Part shown: in pieces, positions 28,614 to 37,878 of the stretch | How positions within the stretch are numbered: position 1 is the stretch's first letter | Layout: the number at the start of each line of letters is the position of its first letter | Source: Candidatus Nanosyncoccus nanoralicus | GTDB lineage: Bacteria > Patescibacteriota > Saccharimonadia > Saccharimonadales > Saccharimonadaceae | DNA: 64,000 bases | Direction: 5' to 3' | NCBI GenBank assembly: GCA_963545055.1 | Contig: CAUUHT010000002.1 | Span: 7,789 to 71,788, forward strand | The notes under the pieces: generated by a model | Seen by the model: only the letters and a program-made list of their open reading frames with translations | Told to the model about the DNA's origin: nothing | Databases searched by the model: none | Translations under genes and position numbers: made by a program

Positions 28614-29458
28614 GTCTTGATTATATCACTATAAGTTAAGTCAATATTGTGATTAGAGACTGGGGCCTGCAAGAGAAAGGCGACGAAGAAGAAGATTAGG
28701 ATAAAACAAAAGGCAAGCAGACGACCACCAACACTCGAATAAAAGAAGTAGCCGATAATCAAGAAAATTAGAAAGACGATGATTGGAAGATTGAGGACAA
28801 GGAAGTGGAGGACGGAGTTGCTTTGATAGAGATTTGTGTTGGCATGACTAATAGAAATTAGCTGGTGATAATAGACCTCAACCATGGGCGAGATAAAATT
28901 TGCAAGAACTTGGGGGTGGACCGAGAGGCGCTCCTTTGAAAGTAACTGGTCGATTTTAGCAGCCATACTATTACTGATCTGAGTCTTGATACTATTAAAG
29001 TTATCTTGACCGGAAAACCTAAGGTCAAGAAAACGGTTTAAGTGCGTGACATAAGCTTCTTGGTTAATACTTTGTTCTAGAATTTCCGTAAAATAATCAT
29101 TGAGATATTTTAACTGCATAAAAACTATACCTTCCTTGAGATCGGAATCTTGAAGTTGGCTGATTTTTTTATAAAAATCAGTAGTAAACTGCTCAGAGAA
29201 TTCCTCAGTTTTTGCCTGTGTGTCATAGTATTTCTCCGTCACCTGACGACGAGTACTGGTGACTAGGTTCGAATAGTAGCCCTTCTTGCTGGCAAGATAT
29301 TTTTTTACATAATTAGCATTCTGTTCGGTCTGATTAATTTGGCAACAAACGCCCGCGAAGATCGCTGCAATCAAAATAAAGCTACTAAAAATAAGTTTAG
29401 AGATTTTGATTTCAGAAATAAATTCCTCGTTATTCTGGAGTTTGAATACCTGTAACAT
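28610..29458 (-). CDS. hypothetical membrane protein (1 N-terminal and 2 C-terminal TM helices)
   Basis: The track ORF (to 29584) overlaps the murA 3' end, so I trimmed the start to ATG 29458 (MLQVFKLQNNEEF). The stop overlaps the pcrA start as ATGA (28610-28613). Confidence 0.6.
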   Translation of the reverse strand: MLQVFKLQNNEEFISEIKISKLIFSSFILIAAIFAGVCCQINQTEQNANYVKKYLASKKGYYSNLVTSTRRQVTEKYYDTQAKTEEFSEQFTTDFYKKISQLQDSDLKEGIVFMQLKYLNDYFTEILEQSINQEAYVTHLNRFLDLRFSGQDNFNSIKTQISNSMAAKIDQLLSKERLSVHPQVLANFISPMVEVYYHQLISISHANTNLYQSNSVLHFLVLNLPIIVFLIFLIIGYFFYSSVGGRLLAFCFILIFFFVAFLLQAPVSNHNIDLTYSDIIKT

Positions 29459-29477
29459 ATGTCGATTATAACATAAG

Positions 29478-31028
29478 CTAAATGCCAGAGACTGGGCGAA
29501 TATCGGCGCCAAGGTGATTAAGGCGCTTGGCAAAGTTCTGATAACCACGATTAATGGAATAGACATTACGTAAAATCGAGACACCAGGAGCAGCTAGCAT
29601 GGCGATTAGCACTACGACGGCAGGTCGGAGGGCTGGAGGAGCGACAAGCTCCGCAGAATGCCAGTTGGTTGGACCTTCGACATAGACACGATGAGCATCA
29701 AGCAACTCAATTTTGGCGTTAAGATTTGAAAGATAGGTCGAATAGATAGCACGATTCTCGAAGACCCAGTCATGTATTAATGTGCGACCAGTAGCCGTTG
29801 CAGCGATTACGCTAAAGAAAGGTAGATTATCAATATTGAGACCTGGAAATGGCATTGGATGAATCTTGTCTGTTGGTGCAACGAGATCAGATTTATGAAT
29901 CGTCAAATCAACGAGGCGGGTTTCGCCATTAAAGGAACGGTACTCCTCTGAACGATCAATCCGAGCGTGCATGGTATGAAGTACTTCAAGCTCGATTTCA
30001 AGAAACTCAATAGGAGCACGACTGATAGTGATTTCAGATTTAGTAACGAGAGCAGCAGCAATAAAAGACATTGCCTCGATCGGATCCTCACTAGGATAAT
30101 AGTCGACATCCTCATCAATTTTTTCGAGACCCTCAATTTCAAGAGTAGTTGAGCCGATTCCTTCAATTTTAACCCCAAGTTTTTGTAGGAAGAAACAGAC
30201 ATCCTGCACCATATAATTCGGAGAGGCACCAATGATCGTGGTCTTACCAGGATAGAGAGCGGCGGCCATGAGAACGTTTTCAGTTACGGTGTCACCACGC
30301 TCAATCAGAACAATACGCTTATTTGTCTCGCTCTGAAGTTCAGCCTGATTTACAGTTGCTTCATAAAAGCCAGCATTACATTTGGCATCAACTTTAAGGC
30401 CAAAAGCAGAGAGGGCTTTGAGGTGCGGATCGACAGTGCGAGTACCTAGAGAACAACCACCAGCATAAGGTAACTTAAAATTTTGGTAGCGATGAAGGAG
30501 GGGACCTAGGAACATGATGATGGAGCGGGTTTTACGAGCGGCATCAAGATCCAATTCATCCATTTTTAATTCGCGTGGTGTAATAATTTCAAGATCACGA
30601 CGACGATTAAACCAGCGGCACTTTACACCAATTGACTCGAGGACTTCGATAATACGAAAGACTTCTTCGATGCGAGCAACATGATGAAGTACGGTGCGAC
30701 CACGATTTAATAAACTGGCGCAAAGCAAACCAACAGCAGCATTTTTAGAAGTATTGATGGTGATAGTGCCACTCAAAGTACGACCACCATTAACCCGAAA
30801 AGATTGGGATGAGGAGTCATTAATAGAGAGGATCTGACCGCCGAGAGCTGAGGAGACCTTCTTGATCATTTCAAGCGAGGTATTCTGATCACCTTTTTCT
30901 ATGCGATGGATGGCAGATTGTGAGGTGCCGATCATATTCGCGAGTTGAGCCTGAGTAAGACCCTTTTCGCGACGCATATTCGAAACAACTAGACCAATTT
31001 CCTCTTGGTATGTGCGTGGTTTTGCCAT
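29478..31028 (-). CDS. murA: UDP-N-acetylglucosamine 1-carboxyvinyltransferase with a fused N-terminal XRE-type helix-turn-helix domain
   Basis: Residues ~10-65, IGLVVSNMRREKGLTQAQLANMIGTSQSAIHRIEKGDQNTSLEMIKKVSSALG, form an HTH_3/XRE pattern. Then comes a full MurA: FRVNGGRTLSGTITINTSKNAAVGLLCASLL and the active-site loop LPYAGGCSLGTRTVDPHLKAL. Confidence 0.85.
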   Translation of the reverse strand: MAKPRTYQEEIGLVVSNMRREKGLTQAQLANMIGTSQSAIHRIEKGDQNTSLEMIKKVSSALGGQILSINDSSSQSFRVNGGRTLSGTITINTSKNAAVGLLCASLLNRGRTVLHHVARIEEVFRIIEVLESIGVKCRWFNRRRDLEIITPRELKMDELDLDAARKTRSIIMFLGPLLHRYQNFKLPYAGGCSLGTRTVDPHLKALSAFGLKVDAKCNAGFYEATVNQAELQSETNKRIVLIERGDTVTENVLMAAALYPGKTTIIGASPNYMVQDVCFFLQKLGVKIEGIGSTTLEIEGLEKIDEDVDYYPSEDPIEAMSFIAAALVTKSEITISRAPIEFLEIELEVLHTMHARIDRSEEYRSFNGETRLVDLTIHKSDLVAPTDKIHPMPFPGLNIDNLPFFSVIAATATGRTLIHDWVFENRAIYSTYLSNLNAKIELLDAHRVYVEGPTNWHSAELVAPPALRPAVVVLIAMLAAPGVSILRNVYSINRGYQNFAKRLNHLGADIRPVSGI

Positions 31029-31096
31029 AATTCTCCTTTGTAAAATATTCTTGTGGTGATATTTTCGATGCCAATAATAGCAAGCTGGGACTTAAT

Positions 31097-31948
31097 TTAT
31101 TTCTGCTTAGCTTGATAACCAGTGACGACATTATTAGCGTGAACCCAACCCTCGACAGAGCCGCCGTCGAGATACTCACCAGTAGTAGGAGCGACACGCA
31201 TAATACCGCCTTCTTTAATATATTCGTCGATTGGATCGGTTACTAGATATTCCTGATCGAGCGGGCCAAAATCATGAGACTTGACATAATTAACCACGCG
31301 ACGCAGAAGATCGCGAGACATAATGTATTTACTAACGTTAATCATATTCGAAGGTGCTTCCTCTATGCTTGGTTTTTCAATAACATCAACAAGCTTGCCA
31401 TCTTGGACGCTGAGAACACCATATTTGTCGACTTTTTCGCGAGGGATTTCGACGCCTAGAATAGCTGACTCGTTTTCACTTTGTAATGAATGAATGAGAG
31501 ATTCGGCGGCAGATTCACCATCTGGATTCCAGACAAAATCGTCACCCATAAAGACGAGGACTGGCTCGTCAAGATTATATTCCTCGACAACTAAGGCGAT
31601 AGGAACTGCAGTACCATAACGACCGGCTGGATCTTGAGTGGTGTAGTGAATTTTGACGTGATCTGGAAGAGTCTTTGCAAGAGCTAGACGATCAGCCTTA
31701 CCGCGTTCGACAAGATAGTCATTTAAGGCTAGATTATCGCGGTAGAATTCCTGAACCTGACAGGGCTCAACATTACTGATGACCATATAAATATCGGTAA
31801 TACCAGCCTTGATTAACTCTTGCACCGAATAATCGACAAGAGGTCGGTTACCGACAGGAAGCATTGATTTTTCAATAATTTTTGTAATTGGAAGGCGGCG
31901 AGTGCCCCATCCAGCTACTGGAATGATTGCTTTCGTAATCTTTTGCAT
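31097..31948 (-). CDS. galU: UTP--glucose-1-phosphate uridylyltransferase
   Basis: 283 aa with KAIIPVAGWGTRRLPITK and a GDD loop (VFMGDDFV). Confidence 0.88.
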   Translation of the reverse strand: MQKITKAIIPVAGWGTRRLPITKIIEKSMLPVGNRPLVDYSVQELIKAGITDIYMVISNVEPCQVQEFYRDNLALNDYLVERGKADRLALAKTLPDHVKIHYTTQDPAGRYGTAVPIALVVEEYNLDEPVLVFMGDDFVWNPDGESAAESLIHSLQSENESAILGVEIPREKVDKYGVLSVQDGKLVDVIEKPSIEEAPSNMINVSKYIMSRDLLRRVVNYVKSHDFGPLDQEYLVTDPIDEYIKEGGIMRVAPTTGEYLDGGSVEGWVHANNVVTGYQAKQK

Positions 31949-32055
31949 AATAGCTCCTTTATTCCCACCAAAAAAAATTGTCTTTTTTCTTTGCTGATTA
32001 TATCACATAATGAATATTTTGTTAGAATTTTTATGGCTTTTATATTTAGCAGAAG

Positions 32056-33705
32056 CTAGATTAGAGGCTGACGCCAGGACTCTGGAAGGTCAGAAATACC
32101 AAAAAGCTTAGCAATGGTTGGTGCAATATTAGATAATCCAGCATCCGCGAGCTGCTGTGGCTGATATTTCTTTTGGTTTTCGGTATTGTCATAGAACCAG
32201 CATGGAACAGGGTTAAGAGTATGCGATGTCTTTGGCTTTTGAGTAATTGGATCAAAAACTTCCTCGGCGTTACCGTGATCAGCGGTGATAATCATCATGC
32301 CACCGAGTTCGTCAACTTTTTTGGCGAGACGAGATAACTGGATGTCGATAGCCTCCATAGCAGCAATAGTAGGTTCAAGCTCACCAAAGTGACCGACCAT
32401 ATCACCACCCGCATAATTAATACGGATGAATTGGTATTTGGGTTTACCTGATTCATCGGTTTCAGACATTTTATCTAAAACTTCGTCAGTAATTTCAGCT
32501 GCTTTCATCCATGGACGTTCGTTGAATGGCCTGGTATCGGATTTAATTTCGAGAAAATCTTCGCCTGGTGCTTTATCATAGCTATTCCCATTGAAATAAT
32601 AGGTGATGTGTCCAAATTTAACAGTTTCGGCGACGGCAAGCTGATTTATATGATTTGCAGCAAGAAGTTGGTTGAGCGGATTTTTAATAGTGATTGGGGT
32701 AACTAGACAATGCTCTGGAAGATGAAGGTCGGAATCATATTCGGTCATGCCAGCAAAGAAAACATTGAGGGGGCGATTGTTTTCGGTGCCACGGTCAAAG
32801 CCATGGAAATCTTGCTCGGTGAAGGCTTTGGCGGTTTCGATGGCGCGGTCTGCCCGAAAACTATAGAAAATAAAACTATCACCGTTTTTAACTAAACCAA
32901 CCGGACGATTTTTATCAGGTTGACCATCTGAATTTGCTTCTGTGATAACAAAACTTGGAAAATATTGGTCCTGCAAATTTGGATCTTTCGAGCGATTTTC
33001 TTTAATGGCTTGCATGGCAGAGGTAAAATATTGGCTAGCTCTACCATAGACCATGGCGTCCCAACCAGTCTTAACAATACTCCAATCGGCCTCATAGCGG
33101 TCGGCCAAAAAAAGCATACGCCCGCCACCACAGGCGATTTGATAATCAAGAGGCAGGTCTGAGATGGATTTTAGTTCAGCTATTTTATCCTCGAGAAGCT
33201 GAATGTAGTGGTCTGCAGACTGAGGTGGAACGTCACGACCGTCTAAGATAAGATGGATGCGAACTTTTTTTATTCCTTCTTTTTGCGCCTGCTCTAGCAT
33301 TTTAAAAAGCTGAAAGATTGAACTATGAACACCGCCATCAGAGAAGACGCCAGAAAAATGTAGGGTGGAGTGATTTTGCTTGACATTGTCGATAGCGCCG
33401 CGCCAGGCTGTGGTTTGCCATATAGCGCCAGTATTAAAATCATCTTCGATTTTAGCAATACCCTGCTTGATAATTTGACCGGCACCAAGAGCGTTATGTC
33501 CAACTTCAGAGTTGCCCATCTGTCCTTTTAGAATACCGACAGCTTCACCGGAAGCCTCAAGAGAGACCCAAGGATATTTATCGAAAAGCTGATCGATGAA
33601 CTCAGAATGAGACTGCACGACGGCATTTCCGTATTCGTCGTTTCTGAGGCCGACGCCATCAAGTACAGCTAAAACAATTGGTCCATCATAATGTAGATTA
33701 TTCAT
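32056..33705 (-). CDS. gpmI: 2,3-bisphosphoglycerate-independent phosphoglycerate mutase
   Basis: 549 aa with LAVLDGVGL, MGNSEVGHNALGAGQI and ADHGNAE. Confidence 0.95.
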   Translation of the reverse strand: MNNLHYDGPIVLAVLDGVGLRNDEYGNAVVQSHSEFIDQLFDKYPWVSLEASGEAVGILKGQMGNSEVGHNALGAGQIIKQGIAKIEDDFNTGAIWQTTAWRGAIDNVKQNHSTLHFSGVFSDGGVHSSIFQLFKMLEQAQKEGIKKVRIHLILDGRDVPPQSADHYIQLLEDKIAELKSISDLPLDYQIACGGGRMLFLADRYEADWSIVKTGWDAMVYGRASQYFTSAMQAIKENRSKDPNLQDQYFPSFVITEANSDGQPDKNRPVGLVKNGDSFIFYSFRADRAIETAKAFTEQDFHGFDRGTENNRPLNVFFAGMTEYDSDLHLPEHCLVTPITIKNPLNQLLAANHINQLAVAETVKFGHITYYFNGNSYDKAPGEDFLEIKSDTRPFNERPWMKAAEITDEVLDKMSETDESGKPKYQFIRINYAGGDMVGHFGELEPTIAAMEAIDIQLSRLAKKVDELGGMMIITADHGNAEEVFDPITQKPKTSHTLNPVPCWFYDNTENQKKYQPQQLADAGLSNIAPTIAKLFGISDLPESWRQPLI

Positions 33706-33782
33706 GATTTTAGTATAGCATAAGAGGGTTAGGGTAGAGGATTCTGGATAAAACTCGGAGCTTTAACAGATTATTGAGGTGA

Positions 33783-34313
33783 CTAAAATTTTAGAACGTC
33801 GCATTTATTGACATCGATACCGATATTTTGATAAAGTTCAGCAATATTGGTTGAGGTAACATCCTGTGAGCTAAAGCCGAGCTTGCTAGTAATTTCGTAG
33901 ATATCTTCTTCTTTTTCAACCTCTATTTCCAACAAATATCCAAGTTTTGGCCAGTGGTCGATGGAGAGCTTGGCGCCATGATATTCATACTCATCACGGG
34001 TATTTTCTTGATAACTACGATGTTTAATGCCGGTTTTTTCTAAGATCTCTAAAGTAGTCTCAAAATCAGAGACCTCAATCTCCCACTCTTCAGTGCCAGA
34101 GAATGAATCATTACTAAGCTCTTTGAAGGTGAGAGTGGTTTTATTGCCATCAGTGCGCAAGCGCAACCAACGATGAGGAGCGCCTATGGTTGGATCAAAA
34201 ACGTAACGCCGAAAATTATAGAAGCCAAGTGGTTTAGCGCCAATGGCAAGAAGTTTAGTCTTTACCTCTTCTGGGTTAATATTTGGTATCCTACCTTCAA
34301 TTTCGACTGCCAT
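33783..34313 (-). CDS. CYTH-domain protein (class IV adenylate cyclase / triphosphatase fold)
   Basis: 176 aa. The N-terminal EIEGR (ExExK-like) motif, WLRLRTDG..TLTFK and alternating acidic strands are typical of CYTH. Confidence 0.7.
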   Translation of the reverse strand: MAVEIEGRIPNINPEEVKTKLLAIGAKPLGFYNFRRYVFDPTIGAPHRWLRLRTDGNKTTLTFKELSNDSFSGTEEWEIEVSDFETTLEILEKTGIKHRSYQENTRDEYEYHGAKLSIDHWPKLGYLLEIEVEKEEDIYEITSKLGFSSQDVTSTNIAELYQNIGIDVNKCDVLKF

Positions 34314-34441
34314 ATTTCCTCTTTTATTTATGATGTTAGTCTAATTTTAACCTATTTTTATTTTATTTATAGTTCTTTCATCTTATGAAATAAAAGATCT
34401 GAAAGAGTGCAACAAAATATCTCTCAATCCATGCGGTATGT

Positions 34442-34447
34442 TATAAT
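34442..34447 (+). promoter_or_regulatory. -10 box (TATAAT) 8 nt upstream of tRNA-Leu
   Basis: ggtatgtTATAATctgtacag precedes the mature 5' end. No convincing -35 box was seen. Confidence 0.4.
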
Positions 34448-34455
34448 CTGTACAG

Positions 34456-34541
34456 GCCCGAGTGGCGAAACTGGCAGACGCGCTAGCTTCAGGTGCTAGT
34501 CTAGTTTCTAGGTGCAGGTTCAAGTCCTGTCTCGGGCACCA
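34456..34541 (+). tRNA. tRNA-Leu (anticodon CAG), type II with a long variable arm, CCA encoded
   Basis: Hand-folded. Acceptor GCCCGAG/CTCGGGC, anticodon stem CTAGC/GCTAG with loop TTCAGGT, variable arm CTAG-ttt-CTAG, T arm GCAGG-TTCAAGT-CCTGT, discriminator A plus CCA. Confidence 0.9.
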
Positions 34542-34594
34542 TTTCAAGGTAAAATGTAATACCAATTAAAAATTCAAATACTTCATAATAGGTC

Positions 34595-35101
34595 TTAATC
34601 AGACTTATTTTTTGCTTCAATCAATAGCTTTGATACATAAACTGATTTTAAATTTTTATATTTTTTGCGATCAAAATTAGCCTCTTTTGCAAATACGCAT
34701 TTCTTATTTAAATACTCTTGTGCTTTTTTAGGATTATTCCGCAGAAAATCGCGTAAAACAATAAAATCTTTATAGGACTCTTCTTCGACTGGACAAATAT
34801 GAATATGAAAATCACCCTCGCCAGTCTCTTCTTGTGTACTTGCCAAAAAAATTCTGTCTTCGTGGCTGTCGTTTCTCTCAAAATATCCATTTTTTATTAA
34901 GATATTTTTTATAGAAATCATATCTTTACGAGTTGGAACTCCGATAAGAATATCGACTATGTTTTTTCCGCCAATAAAAACAGCGCTACTACCGACGTGT
35001 TCGATTTTTATATTAGTAGGGAGAAGCATAGATAGACGATGCTCTTCTTGATTAAAACGTTTAATAAGATCTGGTGAATATTTTTTTATAATAACAGACA
35101 T
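34595..35101 (-). CDS. GrpB (UPF0157) nucleotidyltransferase-fold protein
   Basis: 168 aa with IEHVGSSAVFIGGKNIVDILIGV and HIHICPVEE, typical of GrpB. The gene is AT-rich. Confidence 0.72.
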   Translation of the reverse strand: MSVIIKKYSPDLIKRFNQEEHRLSMLLPTNIKIEHVGSSAVFIGGKNIVDILIGVPTRKDMISIKNILIKNGYFERNDSHEDRIFLASTQEETGEGDFHIHICPVEEESYKDFIVLRDFLRNNPKKAQEYLNKKCVFAKEANFDRKKYKNLKSVYVSKLLIEAKNKSD

Positions 35102-35396
35102 GATTAATCGTACCTTTCATACTCTTCGCGATCTTCAGGAGCCATTTCTCTAATCATGTTTTTCCTCTTTTTTTCTCTGTTTTAATAATAACATATGGTG
35201 GATTTAAAAAGAAAATTGAGAGATGAAAAGAGTCTTTTGTTTTTAGTATTTACTTTATGAAATAATTTGTTAAGCTTGAGTTAAGCAAGCGAAGTCTTGC
35301 AATCTATAAGAGATTTTAGGAGAACACCTTTGGTGCTCTTTTTTATTTAATACATTAAGTGGAAATTTAAGTTTTTCAACAGAAAGGAGGTGAAGG

Positions 35397-37031
35397 ATGC
35401 GAAGCGAGTTAGATTATAAGTTTGTTGAAGGATATTCACTAGATAGGCAGCAGGTAGAGAGTATCGAAAATGATTCACAAAATACTTTAGTGGTAGCTGG
35501 AGCAGGAACTGGCAAGACAACCACGATTATCGGAAAAGTTAAATGGATTTTAAATAGGTGGATCAGAGATAAATGTAATATTCCAAGAATCTTAGTAATT
35601 TCATTCACGCATGCAACTAGAATAGAGTTAGAAAAGCGGATTCTTGCAGAGATTTTGAGCAATGATGAGATTTTTAAGATATATCACCCTGGTGTTTTTT
35701 TGATGGTAGAAACTTTTCATAGTTTGGCTTTAAAAATTGTAAAAGAAACAAGACAAAACATGCGAGCTGGACCAGATAAAATTCGTTTAACAAAGTTAGA
35801 TTTTGGCGACTTCCTAAAACAGACCAGACCAGACATCTCGGAAGACACAGCAGAAATATATGAACGTTTACACTATCTAACGCGTAACTATCATATTGAA
35901 TATCAAGATTTAAGACAGTTCACGAATATAAAATACCCGAATTTCTGGCAAAAGAAAAAGAGGCTAGAGAATCTGGATACAATTCAAAGATTAGAAGATC
36001 TCAGCCAGAAATACAAAACCACTTTATCTAGTGCAGGGGAGGTTGATTTTGTCAGCTTCCTAGAGGAGGCAATTAACAATACACTTGGCGCCATTAACGC
36101 TAATAATTTAAAACTGCTGGAAAAATTTTGCTTTGATTTTGTAATAATTGATGAATATCAGGATATATCACCACTTGAATATTCCTTAATTAAAAAATTA
36201 AGACAAATGCATGGTTTTAGATTATTCTGCGTAGGAGATGACTGGCAGACTATTTATCAATTTGCAGGAAGTGAAATAGATTTAATCTTGGACTTTAAAA
36301 AGTATTGGGGAGAGACCAAAGTATTTAAAATCGAGCAGACCTATCGTTTTCCAGAGCAGCTCGCCAAACTATCTGGGGATTTTGTGATGAAAAATAGATC
36401 ACAGCTAGTAAAGAATATTCGTGGGATTAACTGCCTAGATCCAGATCAAATAATTGAAATCAATGGCCCCTCCGAGAGAGCTGATCTTAATGCTCTGTTT
36501 TTCTTCTTTCTGAACCTGCCAAGAAATGCAAGAATTTTTCTAATTGGTCGTTATAATTTTGATATAAAACGTATACTACATTGTGAATTTCTTGAATTTA
36601 AAATTAGCACTAGTGAGTTAAAAATTAGTATGCCAAAAAGGCCAGACCTTGATATTAGGTTCTATAGTGCACATAAATCAAAGGGATTGCAGGCTGACTA
36701 CGTTTTTATCATTAATTGTCGAGACGCGACGCTAGGATTTCCAAGCCAATTCGAAGAAAAAGACTTAATCACAATCACAAAAAAGACGTTTCTTTGGAAG
36801 GAGCAGAATAAAAAACTGGGGGGACTAGGAAGAGGGAGTCTTTTGATAAGAGCTTGGAATTTTTTGACTACTACTCGAGAATGTGAGTTTGCAGAAGAAA
36901 GGAGACTGTTTTATGTAGCGATGACAAGGGTGCGGAAAAAAGTTTTCTTTTTGACTGTTCAAAACAAAGAATCCCCTTTTATCCTAGAATTAAGAGAGGA
37001 GGATAATTTTAAAAGCTACTTAATAGATTAA
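35397..37031 (+). CDS. UvrD/helicase IV-like superfamily 1 helicase (short, 544 aa)
   Basis: Walker A VVAGAGTGKTTTIIGKV, IIDEYQDISPLEY, CVGDDWQTIYQFAGS, YSAHKSKGLQADYVFI and RRLFYVAMTRVRKKVFF. Strong SD (aaaggaggtgaaggATG). AT-rich, with mostly AGA/AGG Arg codons. Confidence 0.8.
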   Translation: MRSELDYKFVEGYSLDRQQVESIENDSQNTLVVAGAGTGKTTTIIGKVKWILNRWIRDKCNIPRILVISFTHATRIELEKRILAEILSNDEIFKIYHPGVFLMVETFHSLALKIVKETRQNMRAGPDKIRLTKLDFGDFLKQTRPDISEDTAEIYERLHYLTRNYHIEYQDLRQFTNIKYPNFWQKKKRLENLDTIQRLEDLSQKYKTTLSSAGEVDFVSFLEEAINNTLGAINANNLKLLEKFCFDFVIIDEYQDISPLEYSLIKKLRQMHGFRLFCVGDDWQTIYQFAGSEIDLILDFKKYWGETKVFKIEQTYRFPEQLAKLSGDFVMKNRSQLVKNIRGINCLDPDQIIEINGPSERADLNALFFFFLNLPRNARIFLIGRYNFDIKRILHCEFLEFKISTSELKISMPKRPDLDIRFYSAHKSKGLQADYVFIINCRDATLGFPSQFEEKDLITITKKTFLWKEQNKKLGGLGRGSLLIRAWNFLTTTRECEFAEERRLFYVAMTRVRKKVFFLTVQNKESPFILELREEDNFKSYLID

Positions 37032-37038
37032 GATAACT

Positions 37039-37779
37039 CTACTTCTTTGCGGTTTTAGACTTAAAGGTCTGTGAAACACGTTTTTTAGCTTCTTTTTGAA
37101 CATTACCTACGTGATGCATGGCGGTGTGAGCAAGACGACGACTTAATCTTGAGGCTTTTTTGTAATAATTGATACTGAAACGTTTAATTTCAGCGGTCAG
37201 GTCAACAGTTCCGCCCTTAAAAACACCTTTGATGTTTGAGATAGCAATCATCGATAATAAAATATCAGCAACGAAGATAATAAAGAGAATACTGGAAGTG
37301 ATTAGAAGTGCGGGCAGATTAAGTAGGCTGAGTAGATTCGAGAAGAATGGCTGAATAAGATGCAGGATAAAGATACCACCTACCCCAAAACCAATCGAGG
37401 TCTCAATTGAGATACGTCCATTAAGATGCAATTTAGACTCTGTAGTATAATCCCACCAACGTACGTGATAAATTCTTTCTAAAACGACCGAGGTAGTATA
37501 TTCGATAACATCACAGAGAACGACCATCAGCAGAAACTCGAGTGGCCAAGACAGATGAAGTGGTCCGATTAGAAGCACGCAGATGAGAGAGCCAACTCCA
37601 TAAATCGGACAGATAGGGCCAAAGAGAAAGCCACGATTTTCAAGTTTTCGTTTCATGAAGTAAGTCCAGATACATTCAACAATCCAACCACCAAAGGAAT
37701 AGAGTATAAATAGCAGAAAATAATAGGCGAGCTGGATGATTAGTGGCTCAATTTGGCTGCCAAATAGATTCGAAAACAT
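37039..37779 (-). CDS. DUF1113 / putative ABC-transporter type IV (CmpB-like) membrane protein
   Basis: 246 aa. LYSFGGWIVECIWTYFMKRKLENRGFLFGPICPIYGVGSL matches my memory of the PF06541 signature. Confidence 0.55.
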   Translation of the reverse strand: MFSNLFGSQIEPLIIQLAYYFLLFILYSFGGWIVECIWTYFMKRKLENRGFLFGPICPIYGVGSLICVLLIGPLHLSWPLEFLLMVVLCDVIEYTTSVVLERIYHVRWWDYTTESKLHLNGRISIETSIGFGVGGIFILHLIQPFFSNLLSLLNLPALLITSSILFIIFVADILLSMIAISNIKGVFKGGTVDLTAEIKRFSINYYKKASRLSRRLAHTAMHHVGNVQKEAKKRVSQTFKSKTAKK

Positions 37780-37878
37780 TAGGCTTATTATACCTTAAAC
37801 TGAACCCAGAGTGTAGAAAAAGCTACCTTTTTGTAGCTTCTTCCGATTTATTTTTCAGTTTAGATTCTTTGAGTCAGG

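Noticed and set aside
29459-29584. The track's longer version of the membrane-protein ORF (start 29584) overlapping the murA 3' end by ~105 nt
   Set aside because: The extension lies in the murA coding region in another frame. An internal ATG at 29458 sits 19 nt downstream of the murA stop codon (29478-29480), consistent with the compact operon layout.
34383-34565. 60-aa minus-strand ORF
   Set aside because: It completely overlaps tRNA-Leu(CAG) on the opposite strand, so it is a spurious frame.
35104-35157. 17-codon upstream ORF (MIREMAPEDREEYERYD) with an SD-like agagga, ending 2 nt before the GrpB ATG
   Set aside because: It is too short to support without conservation or ribosome-profiling data. 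It could be a coupling uORF, but chance occurrence in AT-rich DNA is likely.
34542-37100. Search for a direct repeat of the tRNA-Leu 3' end (ggttcaagtcctgtctcgggcacca) marking an integrated element boundary
   Set aside because: I found no copy or partial copy (tctcgggcacca) by eye downstream through the helicase gene end, and there is no integrase. Mobile-element status is therefore not supported; only a compositional islet is reported.
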